From an uncultured Candidatus Woesearchaeota archaeon (GTDB lineage: Archaea; Nanobdellota; Nanobdellia; Woesearchaeales; GW2011-AR9): 64,000 bases of DNA. The stretch is from NCBI GenBank assembly GCA_902529885.1, contig CABZYC010000001.1, positions 156,177-220,176 of the forward strand, in the 5' to 3' direction. How positions within the stretch are numbered: position 1 is the stretch's first letter; each line of letters begins with the position of its first letter. The translations under genes were made by a program, and so were the position numbers. The notes under the pieces are model-generated. The model made no database searches, was not told the origin of the DNA, and was given only the letters and a program-made list of their open reading frames with translations. Positions 40,400-49,275 of the stretch are shown here, in pieces.

Positions 40400-42154
40400 T
40401 TATTCCTTTATTTTTGTTTTAATCTTAAAGGGCGTAAACGCAGTCCCACCTTCCTTGAAAAAAAGACCGAATTGTTCCACATAATGAAGCCGCGCACTGT
40501 GTATTACACAAGCAATCATATTCAATATAAAATTGAAAGTGTGCCCTAGCACCAATATTGTCACCCATAAAATTGGTCCAATCAATGTGAACCCTGCCGC
40601 TTTATCAGCAATAATGTTTATTGCTAAAGCGACACCCGCCGTTGCCAGACTCAGTGCCAGCAGGCGAGCGTAACTAAACCATATCCCAAAGAAACCAGTG
40701 ATATGGGTTAACCCTAATATACCCCTACGTAATAATAAAATAATAGTAGCAATAATCAGGCTACTATAAATCATCCAAGGTTGATTGAACAATAAACCCA
40801 TAATTATTGCCTGTAAAAAATATAAATGACTCACATCGAATAAGGCTGGGAGAAACTCTTTACGTAAATGACCTTGGTATAAAGCCAATAATACCCCTAT
40901 ATTAATGTGAATAAGCCCGATTATCAAAGCCAATTGTAAAATCTCAAAACTAGCTGTGAATGAGTCTTTATACAAAGGAGTAACATGAACTAAATTTCCA
41001 AAAAAGCCACCAAATATTAATCCGAAAATTATACTACTCACTGCACTCAGCCCAAAAATCCACAATAGTGGTTTGACCTCAGGACCAAAATGCCATCTTA
41101 AAAATGCAAGTACTACCATCATCATTAACCCGTAACCAATGTCGCTTAACATAAAACCGAAAAAGAAAGGATAAAATATCGCCATGATTAAAGAAGGGTC
41201 TACACTATTATATTGTGGGACCCCATACATATTAATTAAATGTTCAAAATGTTTTACTATCCCTTTATTTTCTAATAAAGTTGGGGCTTCTTCAACTTGG
41301 CCAAATGTCATTGACAAGTTTTCTACTGATTTAATTTTTTCAATAGACTCAACATCACCATACCCTTGAACTACAAAAAAAAGTTCTGTCCGTCCAAAAC
41401 GTTGGCTTATCGCACCTTGTTCATAATAATTTTCAAGTGTGCTTATCAACCATTTCAATGTACTTTGTTTCCCATTAATCTTTTTGAAGAGTTTACTGTC
41501 AATCTGACTTGTTTTTTCAATACTGCTTTCTAATAATTTTGTTGATTCTTTTAACGTAAGATCACTATCTTTTTTTACAAATGATAAATCAATCTGTTTC
41601 AATGAATTGTTTTTTACAAAAGTTATAATCTCGTCTTCTTTTTGATAGGGGCCACTTGCATAATAATATACTCCATTCTTCCCTTGCACTACTTCTACTG
41701 ACCCAGGAGATTTTAACAGCTTTCTTGAAAAGTATACTTGATTATATCCCGTCTTCACAACATAAATTTTAGGTAATTGAGATAATATCCTAATATGACT
41801 TTCATACTTCTTTTGTAATCTTAATTGTTCTTTTTTTTGTACATCTAAAGCTTTAACACCTTCAAGTACACTATTAAGAAATTCAGTTGAACGTTTTAAT
41901 ACCTTTTCATAATTAGGTAGTCCGTCTAATACAAAATTGATTTTCACCCCAGTCTTCTCAGCAATATACCTTAATTTTAATATTTGGTCACTGATTAAGT
42001 TCGTATTTTGCCCTGGTACATCACGATCTAAAAAATCACTTTTATCTATCTCAGAAATATGCATTACACCTAAATGATGAAGTTTGTTAATGATAGTCTC
42101 TTTCTCATCTTGTTTCCCCATTAAAGTTATTTTTACAAGAGGTTTTGTTTTCAT
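40400..42154 (-). CDS. atpI: A-type ATP synthase subunit I (a)
   Basis: 584 aa: soluble N-terminal half plus a C-terminal polytopic membrane domain. Confidence 0.8.
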   Translation of the reverse strand: MKTKPLVKITLMGKQDEKETIINKLHHLGVMHISEIDKSDFLDRDVPGQNTNLISDQILKLRYIAEKTGVKINFVLDGLPNYEKVLKRSTEFLNSVLEGVKALDVQKKEQLRLQKKYESHIRILSQLPKIYVVKTGYNQVYFSRKLLKSPGSVEVVQGKNGVYYYASGPYQKEDEIITFVKNNSLKQIDLSFVKKDSDLTLKESTKLLESSIEKTSQIDSKLFKKINGKQSTLKWLISTLENYYEQGAISQRFGRTELFFVVQGYGDVESIEKIKSVENLSMTFGQVEEAPTLLENKGIVKHFEHLINMYGVPQYNSVDPSLIMAIFYPFFFGFMLSDIGYGLMMMVVLAFLRWHFGPEVKPLLWIFGLSAVSSIIFGLIFGGFFGNLVHVTPLYKDSFTASFEILQLALIIGLIHINIGVLLALYQGHLRKEFLPALFDVSHLYFLQAIIMGLLFNQPWMIYSSLIIATIILLLRRGILGLTHITGFFGIWFSYARLLALSLATAGVALAINIIADKAAGFTLIGPILWVTILVLGHTFNFILNMIACVIHSARLHYVEQFGLFFKEGGTAFTPFKIKTKIKE

Positions 42155-42450
42155 TTCATCACCTTCTTCATTATTTTTAATGCTACTTTACTTACATCTA
42201 ATGCATCTAATGTCTCAATATTATTTTGTAATTTTGAATCTATTTGTTTTAATTCAGACTCAATCTGTGTTCGAACTTCTTCTGCTCGACCATCCATTTT
42301 TTTCTGGGCTTCTTTAAACAAAGATAACGATTCATCGTGCGCAGATTCCTGAGAAATACGAATTCGCTCAATACGAGACAATTCTAGTTCAGCAAACTTC
42401 TCACTAAACGTCTTTTCTGTGCGAAGAACCGTCATAAAATGGTCGTCCAT
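42151..42450 (-). CDS. atpH: A-type ATP synthase subunit H
   Basis: 99 aa, charged coiled-coil, first gene of the operon. Confidence 0.6.
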   Translation of the reverse strand: MDDHFMTVLRTEKTFSEKFAELELSRIERIRISQESAHDESLSLFKEAQKKMDGRAEEVRTQIESELKQIDSKLQNNIETLDALDVSKVALKIMKKVMK

Positions 42451-42475
42451 ACTATCTCACCATGACAACTAGTTT

Positions 42476-44524
42476 TTAAGTCTTGTCATTCAAATCAGCG
42501 TCCAGTATCTCTAAATAATGTGTATGTTTGTCAATTGAATGTATCTTTGAATTAGTTAAACTAATTTTTTTATTGAATAAAGGGCAATCTAATACTAATG
42601 TTTCAAATTCTCCACCTTCACCTGCAACATGTAAACCATTAACCTTTTCTAACTTGCTTAGTTCCCTATAATCTTTATTAGTTATTATCCTTGCGAGCCA
42701 AGAGCTGTCAAGACCGTCTGCTGCAACCAAGGTCATAATGAACTTGAAATCTGCACGAAACAGTTCGTTCATTTGGTCATGCTGCCCTTTGTTCCAACAA
42801 GGTGCAAATACTTTTAAGCCAACTTGATCACATAACATTTCTACACGGTCGCGCTGATATGTGCTTGAAAGTGCACCTACTATAACACCTTCAGCACCCA
42901 TTAGTTGTACCTTTAACAGCCCTTCTTTCAAGTCCTTAAGCTCAACTTCTTTCTCGCCCATGGTGTTCACCTTAACGTGTGGTATGCCCATTGACTCACA
43001 TTGTAAGGAAGTTAGTTCAATGCCATGATGTTGAAACATGTACGAAAATTGGTTTTCAGTCATTATTGTTAAAGCTGAATGTATAAGGTATTTCTGTTGT
43101 GACATAATGTATGCAGAATATAAACTATCTTTGCCACCACTTAATAGAATAGATAAGCGAGGCATTCGACCATTAAAATGTTTGAACAACCATTCACTTT
43201 TTTTGTAACCTTTTGTAACGCGCCTTAATGCATCAGACACCCTGCTACCGTATTGAGCAGCTTTTTTTGGTCTGAAAGCGACTAATTTAATTAAACCATT
43301 GTCATACATTGATTCACGAAAAATATCTTTCCCTAGCGTGTGCATCTTATATTTTACAGGAATCCGTAATGCATAAGATACTAATTCATGATCTAAAAAA
43401 GGTAACCGTACTTCTACACCGGCTTGCATTGAAACAATATCGTCCCTAACAAGATCTCGTTCATACATCTTACGTAAACCTGATAAACACTCCCTTGAAA
43501 TATCTGCACTTTTTTTATGGCGATCATATCCCGCAAAAATTTCTTCGCTACCAAGCCCAGAAAAAACAACTTTTGCACCTAACTTTCTTGCTTGTAAACA
43601 AGCAGCGTAAAGTGTTACTCCTACTTCTGTTTTAACAACATTACAATCATTTATCATGTTAGAAACAGTCACCGCATACTCTTTTACAGTATCATCATCT
43701 AATTCTACTACTTCTAAATCCCACCCATAATGGCCACACACATTGATGCTTGCTTCAAGATCAGAACTATTTGAACCATTTGTGCAAGCAACTGTTACAC
43801 AAGTAAATGGGACATTCAATTTATCTAATAATAATGCAATTGCTGTGCTGTCAACACCGCCACTAAAAAGGACGGCTATCTTTTTGGTCGGGATACGTTT
43901 TTTTACTGCAGACAAAAATAAGTTGTACACATTACTTTTTATAAGTTGAATATTATCCTCTAATACAGGAGATGTATCAAAAAAAGATCTTTCCTTCTTC
44001 AACATAACTTGGTCATACACATATATTAATCTTGGATGAACTTCAATGGGGTTTTTTAACACATTAGGTTCTGATGCAAAAAAAAAACCATCTGTCAAAT
44101 CATAATATAACGGTTTTACCCCTAAAACATCTCTAAACAAGGTGTACACACCATCTTTCAAGTATACACCGGCATAAACACCATCTAATTCATCTATCCC
44201 TTCAATCCCTTTAAGATCCAATAAAGCACAAACTAATTCTGCATCATTAGAAACTTTTAAAGAATATTTTTGTGCTAATACTTCCCAATTATAAATCTCA
44301 CAATTGATAACAAGTGCGCCATCTCGTTTTATAGGTTGTTTCACATTGCCAACTACACTGTGCAAAAAATGTAATAAGTATTCGTTACCATCTTTAACAT
44401 TAGAACAAAGCTTATTATCAATTAATAAAGTGCTACCATCTCTTCCTCTGTGGCTTAATCCATTAAAAGAGCGAGCAGCATACTCACTTAGAAAATTGCC
44501 TTTCCCTCCTGATATCCCACACAT
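42476..44524 (-). CDS. Fusion protein: asparagine-synthetase-like glutamine amidotransferase plus C-terminal Dph6-type (diphthine-ammonia ligase/MJ0570 family) ATP pyrophosphatase
   Basis: N-terminal MCGI (Ntn nucleophile Cys2) and HRGRDG. AsnB PP-loop LFSGGVDST. The C-terminal roughly 220 aa carries a second PP-loop LLSGGKDSLY and GEGGEFETLVLDCPLF, diagnostic of the Dph6/PF01902 family. Confidence 0.65.
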   Translation of the reverse strand: MCGISGGKGNFLSEYAARSFNGLSHRGRDGSTLLIDNKLCSNVKDGNEYLLHFLHSVVGNVKQPIKRDGALVINCEIYNWEVLAQKYSLKVSNDAELVCALLDLKGIEGIDELDGVYAGVYLKDGVYTLFRDVLGVKPLYYDLTDGFFFASEPNVLKNPIEVHPRLIYVYDQVMLKKERSFFDTSPVLEDNIQLIKSNVYNLFLSAVKKRIPTKKIAVLFSGGVDSTAIALLLDKLNVPFTCVTVACTNGSNSSDLEASINVCGHYGWDLEVVELDDDTVKEYAVTVSNMINDCNVVKTEVGVTLYAACLQARKLGAKVVFSGLGSEEIFAGYDRHKKSADISRECLSGLRKMYERDLVRDDIVSMQAGVEVRLPFLDHELVSYALRIPVKYKMHTLGKDIFRESMYDNGLIKLVAFRPKKAAQYGSRVSDALRRVTKGYKKSEWLFKHFNGRMPRLSILLSGGKDSLYSAYIMSQQKYLIHSALTIMTENQFSYMFQHHGIELTSLQCESMGIPHVKVNTMGEKEVELKDLKEGLLKVQLMGAEGVIVGALSSTYQRDRVEMLCDQVGLKVFAPCWNKGQHDQMNELFRADFKFIMTLVAADGLDSSWLARIITNKDYRELSKLEKVNGLHVAGEGGEFETLVLDCPLFNKKISLTNSKIHSIDKHTHYLEILDADLNDKT

Positions 44525-44556
44525 AGTTGTTTGAAAAAAGGTTGTACACTATAAAA

Positions 44557-45651
44557 TTAGCGTATATGAATCTCTAAAATGTCGCCGTCCATCAATTGAT
44601 GGTGTAACATTAAACGTTGCCCTGGAAACTTTGCTGATTTCCCCCACACTCTTGCAAAACGGAACTTTTTAACAAAGTCTTTATGCAACTTGTTACAAAC
44701 ATCTCCAATAGTACTACCCACTTGAATAATGAATGGTTCGTCCATGTCAGCAGGTTTTCGTGGTTCTTTCATATACAATCTCATAAATTCAAGTTTATCA
44801 AAAATTGATTCTCTTAAAGAGTCAATGTTAAGGCCAGTATGTGCACTTATCCCTAAATCAAAAGGAATTTGATCTTTTACTTTTTGAAGTTGTTCACTTG
44901 TAACTAAATCACATTTTGTTACAACTGTTAATGCCGGGACATACTTCTTATTGTTTTCAATACAATCAATCATCTGATCTGCATTTATTGGTGAACGTAT
45001 AAGTACGTCTGCATTCATTAATTTAAACTCTTGAAGAATGCGTGCATACACTTTTTTAGGTAAAGGTAAAGGGACAGTCGTATGAACATCTATTCCCCCA
45101 AAACCTTTTTTTGTAATATAAACATCAGGTTTACGTTCATTAATTCGGATATTAGCGTCTCTTACTTCTTTTAAAATTGAATTATATTGTTGTGGTTGTA
45201 ATGCGTCAACCACAATTAAAACTAAATCTGCATTGTGTACTACACTCAATATTTCTCGACCACGGCCTTTTCCTCGAGCAGCACCTTCTATAATACCTGG
45301 TACATCCAATATCTGTATTTTTGCTTGACGATGATAAAGCATCCCTGGTACAACAGATAAAGTAGTGAATGCGTAAGCCCCAACTTCACTATCAGCGCCA
45401 GTCAATGTGTTTAATAATGTACTTTTCCCGGTACTTGGAAACCCCAACAATAATACAGTCCCATCACCACTCTTACGTACACTAAACCCTTCTTTAGCCC
45501 CACCTTTACTGGATTGACGCTGTTGTTCTTTATCTTTTAATAAAGCAATTTTAGCTTTAAGTATTCCAATATGGCCTTGCGTAGCTTTATTATACTTAGT
45601 TTTCCTAATTTCATCTTCAAGATCTTTAATACGCTGTTTATTATCGGCCAC
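44557..45651 (-). CDS. DRG-family GTPase (Obg-like), with TGS domain
   Basis: N-terminal KNKATQGHIGILKAKIALL (DRG signature), G1 GFPSTGKST, C-terminal TGS domain. Confidence 0.8.
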   Translation of the reverse strand: MADNKQRIKDLEDEIRKTKYNKATQGHIGILKAKIALLKDKEQQRQSSKGGAKEGFSVRKSGDGTVLLLGFPSTGKSTLLNTLTGADSEVGAYAFTTLSVVPGMLYHRQAKIQILDVPGIIEGAARGKGRGREILSVVHNADLVLIVVDALQPQQYNSILKEVRDANIRINERKPDVYITKKGFGGIDVHTTVPLPLPKKVYARILQEFKLMNADVLIRSPINADQMIDCIENNKKYVPALTVVTKCDLVTSEQLQKVKDQIPFDLGISAHTGLNIDSLRESIFDKLEFMRLYMKEPRKPADMDEPFIIQVGSTIGDVCNKLHKDFVKKFRFARVWGKSAKFPGQRLMLHHQLMDGDILEIHIR

Positions 45652-45728
45652 AGGTGTTGTAGAAGTCCCTTATTTAAAAAAGGTATCGTGGACACAAACA
45701 TTAAAAGGGTGTACTGTTTTATGTTTAT

Positions 45729-46916
45729 GTGGATGTTAACTCAATAAGTTTGCTAACAATAGGAGTCATACTTTTTGTAGGGTATTTTGCAGAGTTTGTT
45801 TTTAAAAGATTTCAAGTACCAGATACACTTTTTTTAATCGCGCTAGGAATTATATTAGGGCCGTTCATACTAAACGTTGTTTCTCCTACAAAATTAACCT
45901 TGTTCGCACCAGTATTTACCACGTTCACTTTGATATTTTTATTATTTGAAGGATCATTTAGTATTAATCTTCGTGGACTTATAATGGGTGCTAATGAAGG
46001 AATCAAACTTACCTTGTTCAACTTTGTATTAAGTTCAGTAATTATCACAATTATTTGTTGGATGTTTGGCCTTGAAATAATAACTAGCTTATTTACGGGT
46101 TTTGCACTTGGTGGAGTGAGCAGCGCTTTTGTAATACCTATGTTACAAGGCTTAAACATTAAATCTAACCTCTACAGTATACTTACACTCGAGAGTGCAT
46201 TAACAGACGTTTTTTGTATTGTTTTCGCTTTAACAACAATAGAAGTGTATAGGCTTGGGGGCCTTGCATTACAAACTTTGATTAGCCAAATATTTGCACT
46301 TTTCGCAGTAGCGGCAGCACTAGGTATTATTGCTGCATATTTATGGATCAATCTGCAAAAACATGTTTTCAAAGAACAAAATTATATGGTGACTATTGCG
46401 TACCTTTGTATACTCTATGTTGTGACCGAATTTGTACAAGGAAGTGGCGCAATAAGCGCATTATTTTTCGGGTTAACCCTTAATAATACAAAACGTTTAC
46501 AAAATATTGTTAGTAGCATAACTAATACTCATAAAAAAGCTAAAAAGGCTGTCTCAAGAAATGAAGAATTTTTCTATAAACAGATTAGTTTTTTATTGAA
46601 AACTTTGTTTTTTGTATACATTGGAATTCTGATCAACTTTTCTAATACAAAAGCAATCATAATCGGCTTAATTATAAGTGTGGTTTTACTAGGTGTTAGA
46701 CGATTTAGTCATTATGTCACCAAAAAAAATGTGGACTTAGTAAACAATATTTTTGCCAGGGGTTTAGCAGCAGCAGCAGTTGGACAAGTCGCAATTAATC
46801 ATGGGCTTCCAAACGCTACTTTTGCCTTAGAAATTGTACACGTAGTAATTACTGGCACGATTATCTTAAGCAGTGTGATGATATTTATCGGGAGAAAAAA
46901 TTATGTTAACAATTAA
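45729..46916 (+). CDS. Na+/H+ (cation:proton) antiporter, CPA family
   Basis: About 11 TM helices; N-terminus resembles NhaP/Kef exchangers. Confidence 0.6.
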   Translation: MDVNSISLLTIGVILFVGYFAEFVFKRFQVPDTLFLIALGIILGPFILNVVSPTKLTLFAPVFTTFTLIFLLFEGSFSINLRGLIMGANEGIKLTLFNFVLSSVIITIICWMFGLEIITSLFTGFALGGVSSAFVIPMLQGLNIKSNLYSILTLESALTDVFCIVFALTTIEVYRLGGLALQTLISQIFALFAVAAALGIIAAYLWINLQKHVFKEQNYMVTIAYLCILYVVTEFVQGSGAISALFFGLTLNNTKRLQNIVSSITNTHKKAKKAVSRNEEFFYKQISFLLKTLFFVYIGILINFSNTKAIIIGLIISVVLLGVRRFSHYVTKKNVDLVNNIFARGLAAAAVGQVAINHGLPNATFALEIVHVVITGTIILSSVMIFIGRKNYVNN

Positions 46917-47346
46917 TACAATTATATCTTACATAATAATTATAATGGTTTGTTTTAGCCTTGCACGGTTTTTACACAAAATCTTAAAACGGGTTTTTCA
47001 AGATCTTCAACTTAAAACTGTTTCCAAATTAGTACCCATCATTATTGAAAATTCAATTTATATAATTACAGTTTCATACATTATTATTGACTTAGGAATA
47101 CACAATGTTGTGTTTAATATTATTCTTTGGTTTATTCTAACCCTTGTTCTAATTAATACAATCACTTTTTTGTATAATAATATTCCTAATTTGTTACATA
47201 GACCAAAACTTAAAATTGGAAAACAAAAATGGACCCATGTAGAGATAAAACATAGTAAAACCGAAAAAATATTGGTGCCTAATAGAATTATTGGTTCAAC
47301 ATTTCCAATTGAGAAATTAAATCCCAAATCTCAGCTTGAATCATAA
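46903..47346 (+). CDS. Membrane protein (hypothetical, 3 TM)
   Basis: Hydrophobic 147-aa ORF. Confidence 0.3.
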   Translation: MLTINTIISYIIIIMVCFSLARFLHKILKRVFQDLQLKTVSKLVPIIIENSIYIITVSYIIIDLGIHNVVFNIILWFILTLVLINTITFLYNNIPNLLHRPKLKIGKQKWTHVEIKHSKTEKILVPNRIIGSTFPIEKLNPKSQLES

Positions 47347-47515
47347 ATTCATCATCAACTTCTTCAAGTGCTAATATTGCTTTCTCAACACACATCTCAG
47401 ACTCTTTTGATAAAATTTCTATTACATGCTGTAATTTATCTTTGGTTCTTCGATTTATATCATTCTCAGACAAAATATTTTGTATTGACTCAATCACTGG
47501 TAAAATCTCAACCAT
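47288..47515 (-). CDS. UPF0147-like small protein
   Basis: 75 aa, helical, C-terminal IWDLISQLE resembles the conserved UPF0147 ending. Confidence 0.35.
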   Translation of the reverse strand: MVEILPVIESIQNILSENDINRRTKDKLQHVIEILSKESEMCVEKAILALEEVDDEFMIQAEIWDLISQLEMLNQ

Positions 47516-47771
47516 CTATTCCCTCTTTAATCATTGTTTCAAATTCAGAGCATTGTTTTTCAAGAACAGATATTCTAACAGTGGTTAATTCTAACTCTTT
47601 CTTTAATTCAAGTTTGAGTTTGTTAACATCTTTTTTAACTAAAATTTTACCGATTAAACGATAAGCAGGCCCTTCACCAAGATGTTGTAAAGCAGAACTT
47701 AACTCTTGCGCTTTATACTTCGCAGAAAGAAGTTCTGATTTAATATGATGAAGGTTTGGATCTTCATCCAT
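47508..47771 (-). CDS. pfdB: Prefoldin beta-like subunit (short)
   Basis: Coiled coil, beta-hairpin AYRLIGKILVKKDV, coiled coil. 1-nt overlap with rpoP. Sits in the conserved L37ae-RpoP-PfdB neighbourhood. Confidence 0.5.
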   Translation of the reverse strand: MDEDPNLHHIKSELLSAKYKAQELSSALQHLGEGPAYRLIGKILVKKDVNKLKLELKKELELTTVRISVLEKQCSEFETMIKEGIDG

Positions 47772-47905
47772 TATCGTGCTTTAACAGTCACAGAATCTGA
47801 CCTTGTTTTTAATAATAATTTGTTTCCACAATATGGGCATCTTACACGAATACGCGTATACTCTTCACCAACTTCAGCTTTACATGAAAAACAGATGTAT
47901 GCCAT
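47771..47905 (-). CDS. rpoP: DNA-directed RNA polymerase subunit P (Rpo12/RPC10)
   Basis: 44-aa zinc-ribbon protein MAYICFSCKAEVGEEYTRIRVRCPYCGNKLLLKTRSDSVTVKAR (CxxC...CxxCG). Its ATG overlaps the L37ae stop (TAATG). Below the ORF-track length cutoff. Confidence 0.7.
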   Translation of the reverse strand: MAYICFSCKAEVGEEYTRIRVRCPYCGNKLLLKTRSDSVTVKAR

Positions 47906-48096
47906 TATAACGTGTACGCACCACCAGTGAATGTCATTTGACAACTTCTACAGTTCCAAATACCTACTGCTACTCGTTTCACAGACTCTTTATTACAATA
48001 CGGACATTTATGTTTAGCCCGTGCTGACCTCTCAAAACGGTCAACTTGTTTTCGTACTCTTCGGCCGTAACGTGGGCCATATTGTTTTGCTGGCAT
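47905..48096 (-). CDS. rpl37ae: 50S ribosomal protein L37Ae (eL43)
   Basis: 63 aa. YGPRYGRRVRKQV...CPYCNK...AVGIWNCRSC zinc ribbon, which is the L37ae signature. Confidence 0.85.
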   Translation of the reverse strand: MPAKQYGPRYGRRVRKQVDRFERSARAKHKCPYCNKESVKRVAVGIWNCRSCQMTFTGGAYTL

Positions 48097-48120
48097 GATG
48101 ATTATCTCCTTATTTAAATA

Positions 48121-48207
48121 TGAGGCTGCCCGGATTTTCGTTGATTTTCGAACCGGGGTTATACCGTCCCAAACGGTAAGTGATGGACCAGGCTACACTA
48201 CAGCCTC
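48121..48207 (-). tRNA. tRNA-Pro(UGG) with a 12-nt insertion (probable non-canonical intron) in the T-loop
   Basis: Reverse complement reads GAGGCUG UA GUGU AGCCUGGUCCA UCAC U UACCG UUUGGGA CGGUA UAAC CCCGG UUCGAA[AAUCAACGAAAA]U CCGGG CAGCCUC A. Acceptor is a perfect 7 bp, anticodon stem 5 bp with U33 and G37, T-stem a perfect 5 bp. Removing the bracketed 12 nt restores a canonical UUCGAAU loop. Confidence 0.6.
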
Positions 48208-48242
48208 ACAGATAAGAATTGGAACGACTCACTTTAAAAGGT

Positions 48243-49229
48243 TTACGGTTTAAACAAGGGTCGAAGTTCTTTTGAATGGTTCGTTAATACTCTTATTTCA
48301 CCATCATAATAAAGCGTATCTTCAATCCTAAGACCATAATCTTGGTAATATAACCCTGGTTCAATAGTGAAAATGTCCCCTAATTGAACAACATCATTAC
48401 TCCTTTTACTAACACGCGGCGATTCATGAACTTCAATACCCACCCCGTGTCCTAAAGAATGAGTAAAAAAGTCTGCGTCATCACCTAAAGAGCGAACTAC
48501 ATAATTATGTAATTCCTTATAAGGTACATCTTTTTTAACCATCCTAATGGTATGATTTTGAATACCCAATAAATAAGCATACTTCTTTTTTTGATCAAGA
48601 TCCATACCATTATCATACATACGAGTCATATCACTACAATAACCGTTATACCTAGCACCTGCATCAATTAATACTGGGCCACTATTTAGTTCAGTGGTTG
48701 GCGTATGATGTGGAATCCCAGAATTTTTTCCTGATGCAACAATTACAGGATAAGCGGGTTCCATCCCCCGAAGATATATTTCTCGTTCAATCCATAATCT
48801 AGCATCAAGCTCAGATTCAATTGTTCCCTTGGGTAATAAACAAAAACGTTGTAATATTAAATCTGTACAACGAGCTGCTTTTTCAACACAATTTGCTTGT
48901 TCAATTGTTTTGTGACGACGAAAATCACGTATTTTATTAGAAACGTCAATTACTGTAAACTTTTTTGATAAATCAATATATGTTTTTGTATTTAATGCAG
49001 ACAAGTTTAGTCCTATCTTAGGAGGTAATTTCATCTCTCTCCAACCTTTAAAAAGTGATTCTTTGTCTAATTTATCAAGTTTTGTTGCATATACAGTAAT
49101 GTTACCTTTAAACAAAACACAAACCGCATAAGAATATTTTCTTCCAGTTAAAAATTCTATAGTGGGATCAGGCGTTTCAAGAACGATACAATCTTCTGTA
49201 TACATAGTATTAACAAAATTTCTTGTCAA
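48243..49229 (-). CDS. M24-family metallopeptidase (Xaa-Pro aminopeptidase/PepQ-like)
   Basis: Pita-bread metal ligands: D in VLIDAGARYNGYCSDMTR, H in HSLGHGVGIEVHE, plus E residues. Confidence 0.7.
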   Translation of the reverse strand: MTRNFVNTMYTEDCIVLETPDPTIEFLTGRKYSYAVCVLFKGNITVYATKLDKLDKESLFKGWREMKLPPKIGLNLSALNTKTYIDLSKKFTVIDVSNKIRDFRRHKTIEQANCVEKAARCTDLILQRFCLLPKGTIESELDARLWIEREIYLRGMEPAYPVIVASGKNSGIPHHTPTTELNSGPVLIDAGARYNGYCSDMTRMYDNGMDLDQKKKYAYLLGIQNHTIRMVKKDVPYKELHNYVVRSLGDDADFFTHSLGHGVGIEVHESPRVSKRSNDVVQLGDIFTIEPGLYYQDYGLRIEDTLYYDGEIRVLTNHSKELRPLFKP

Positions 49230-49275
49230 TTAAAGGTTTCGAAATGATTATATACCTTAAAATCTGTGTTTTAAT

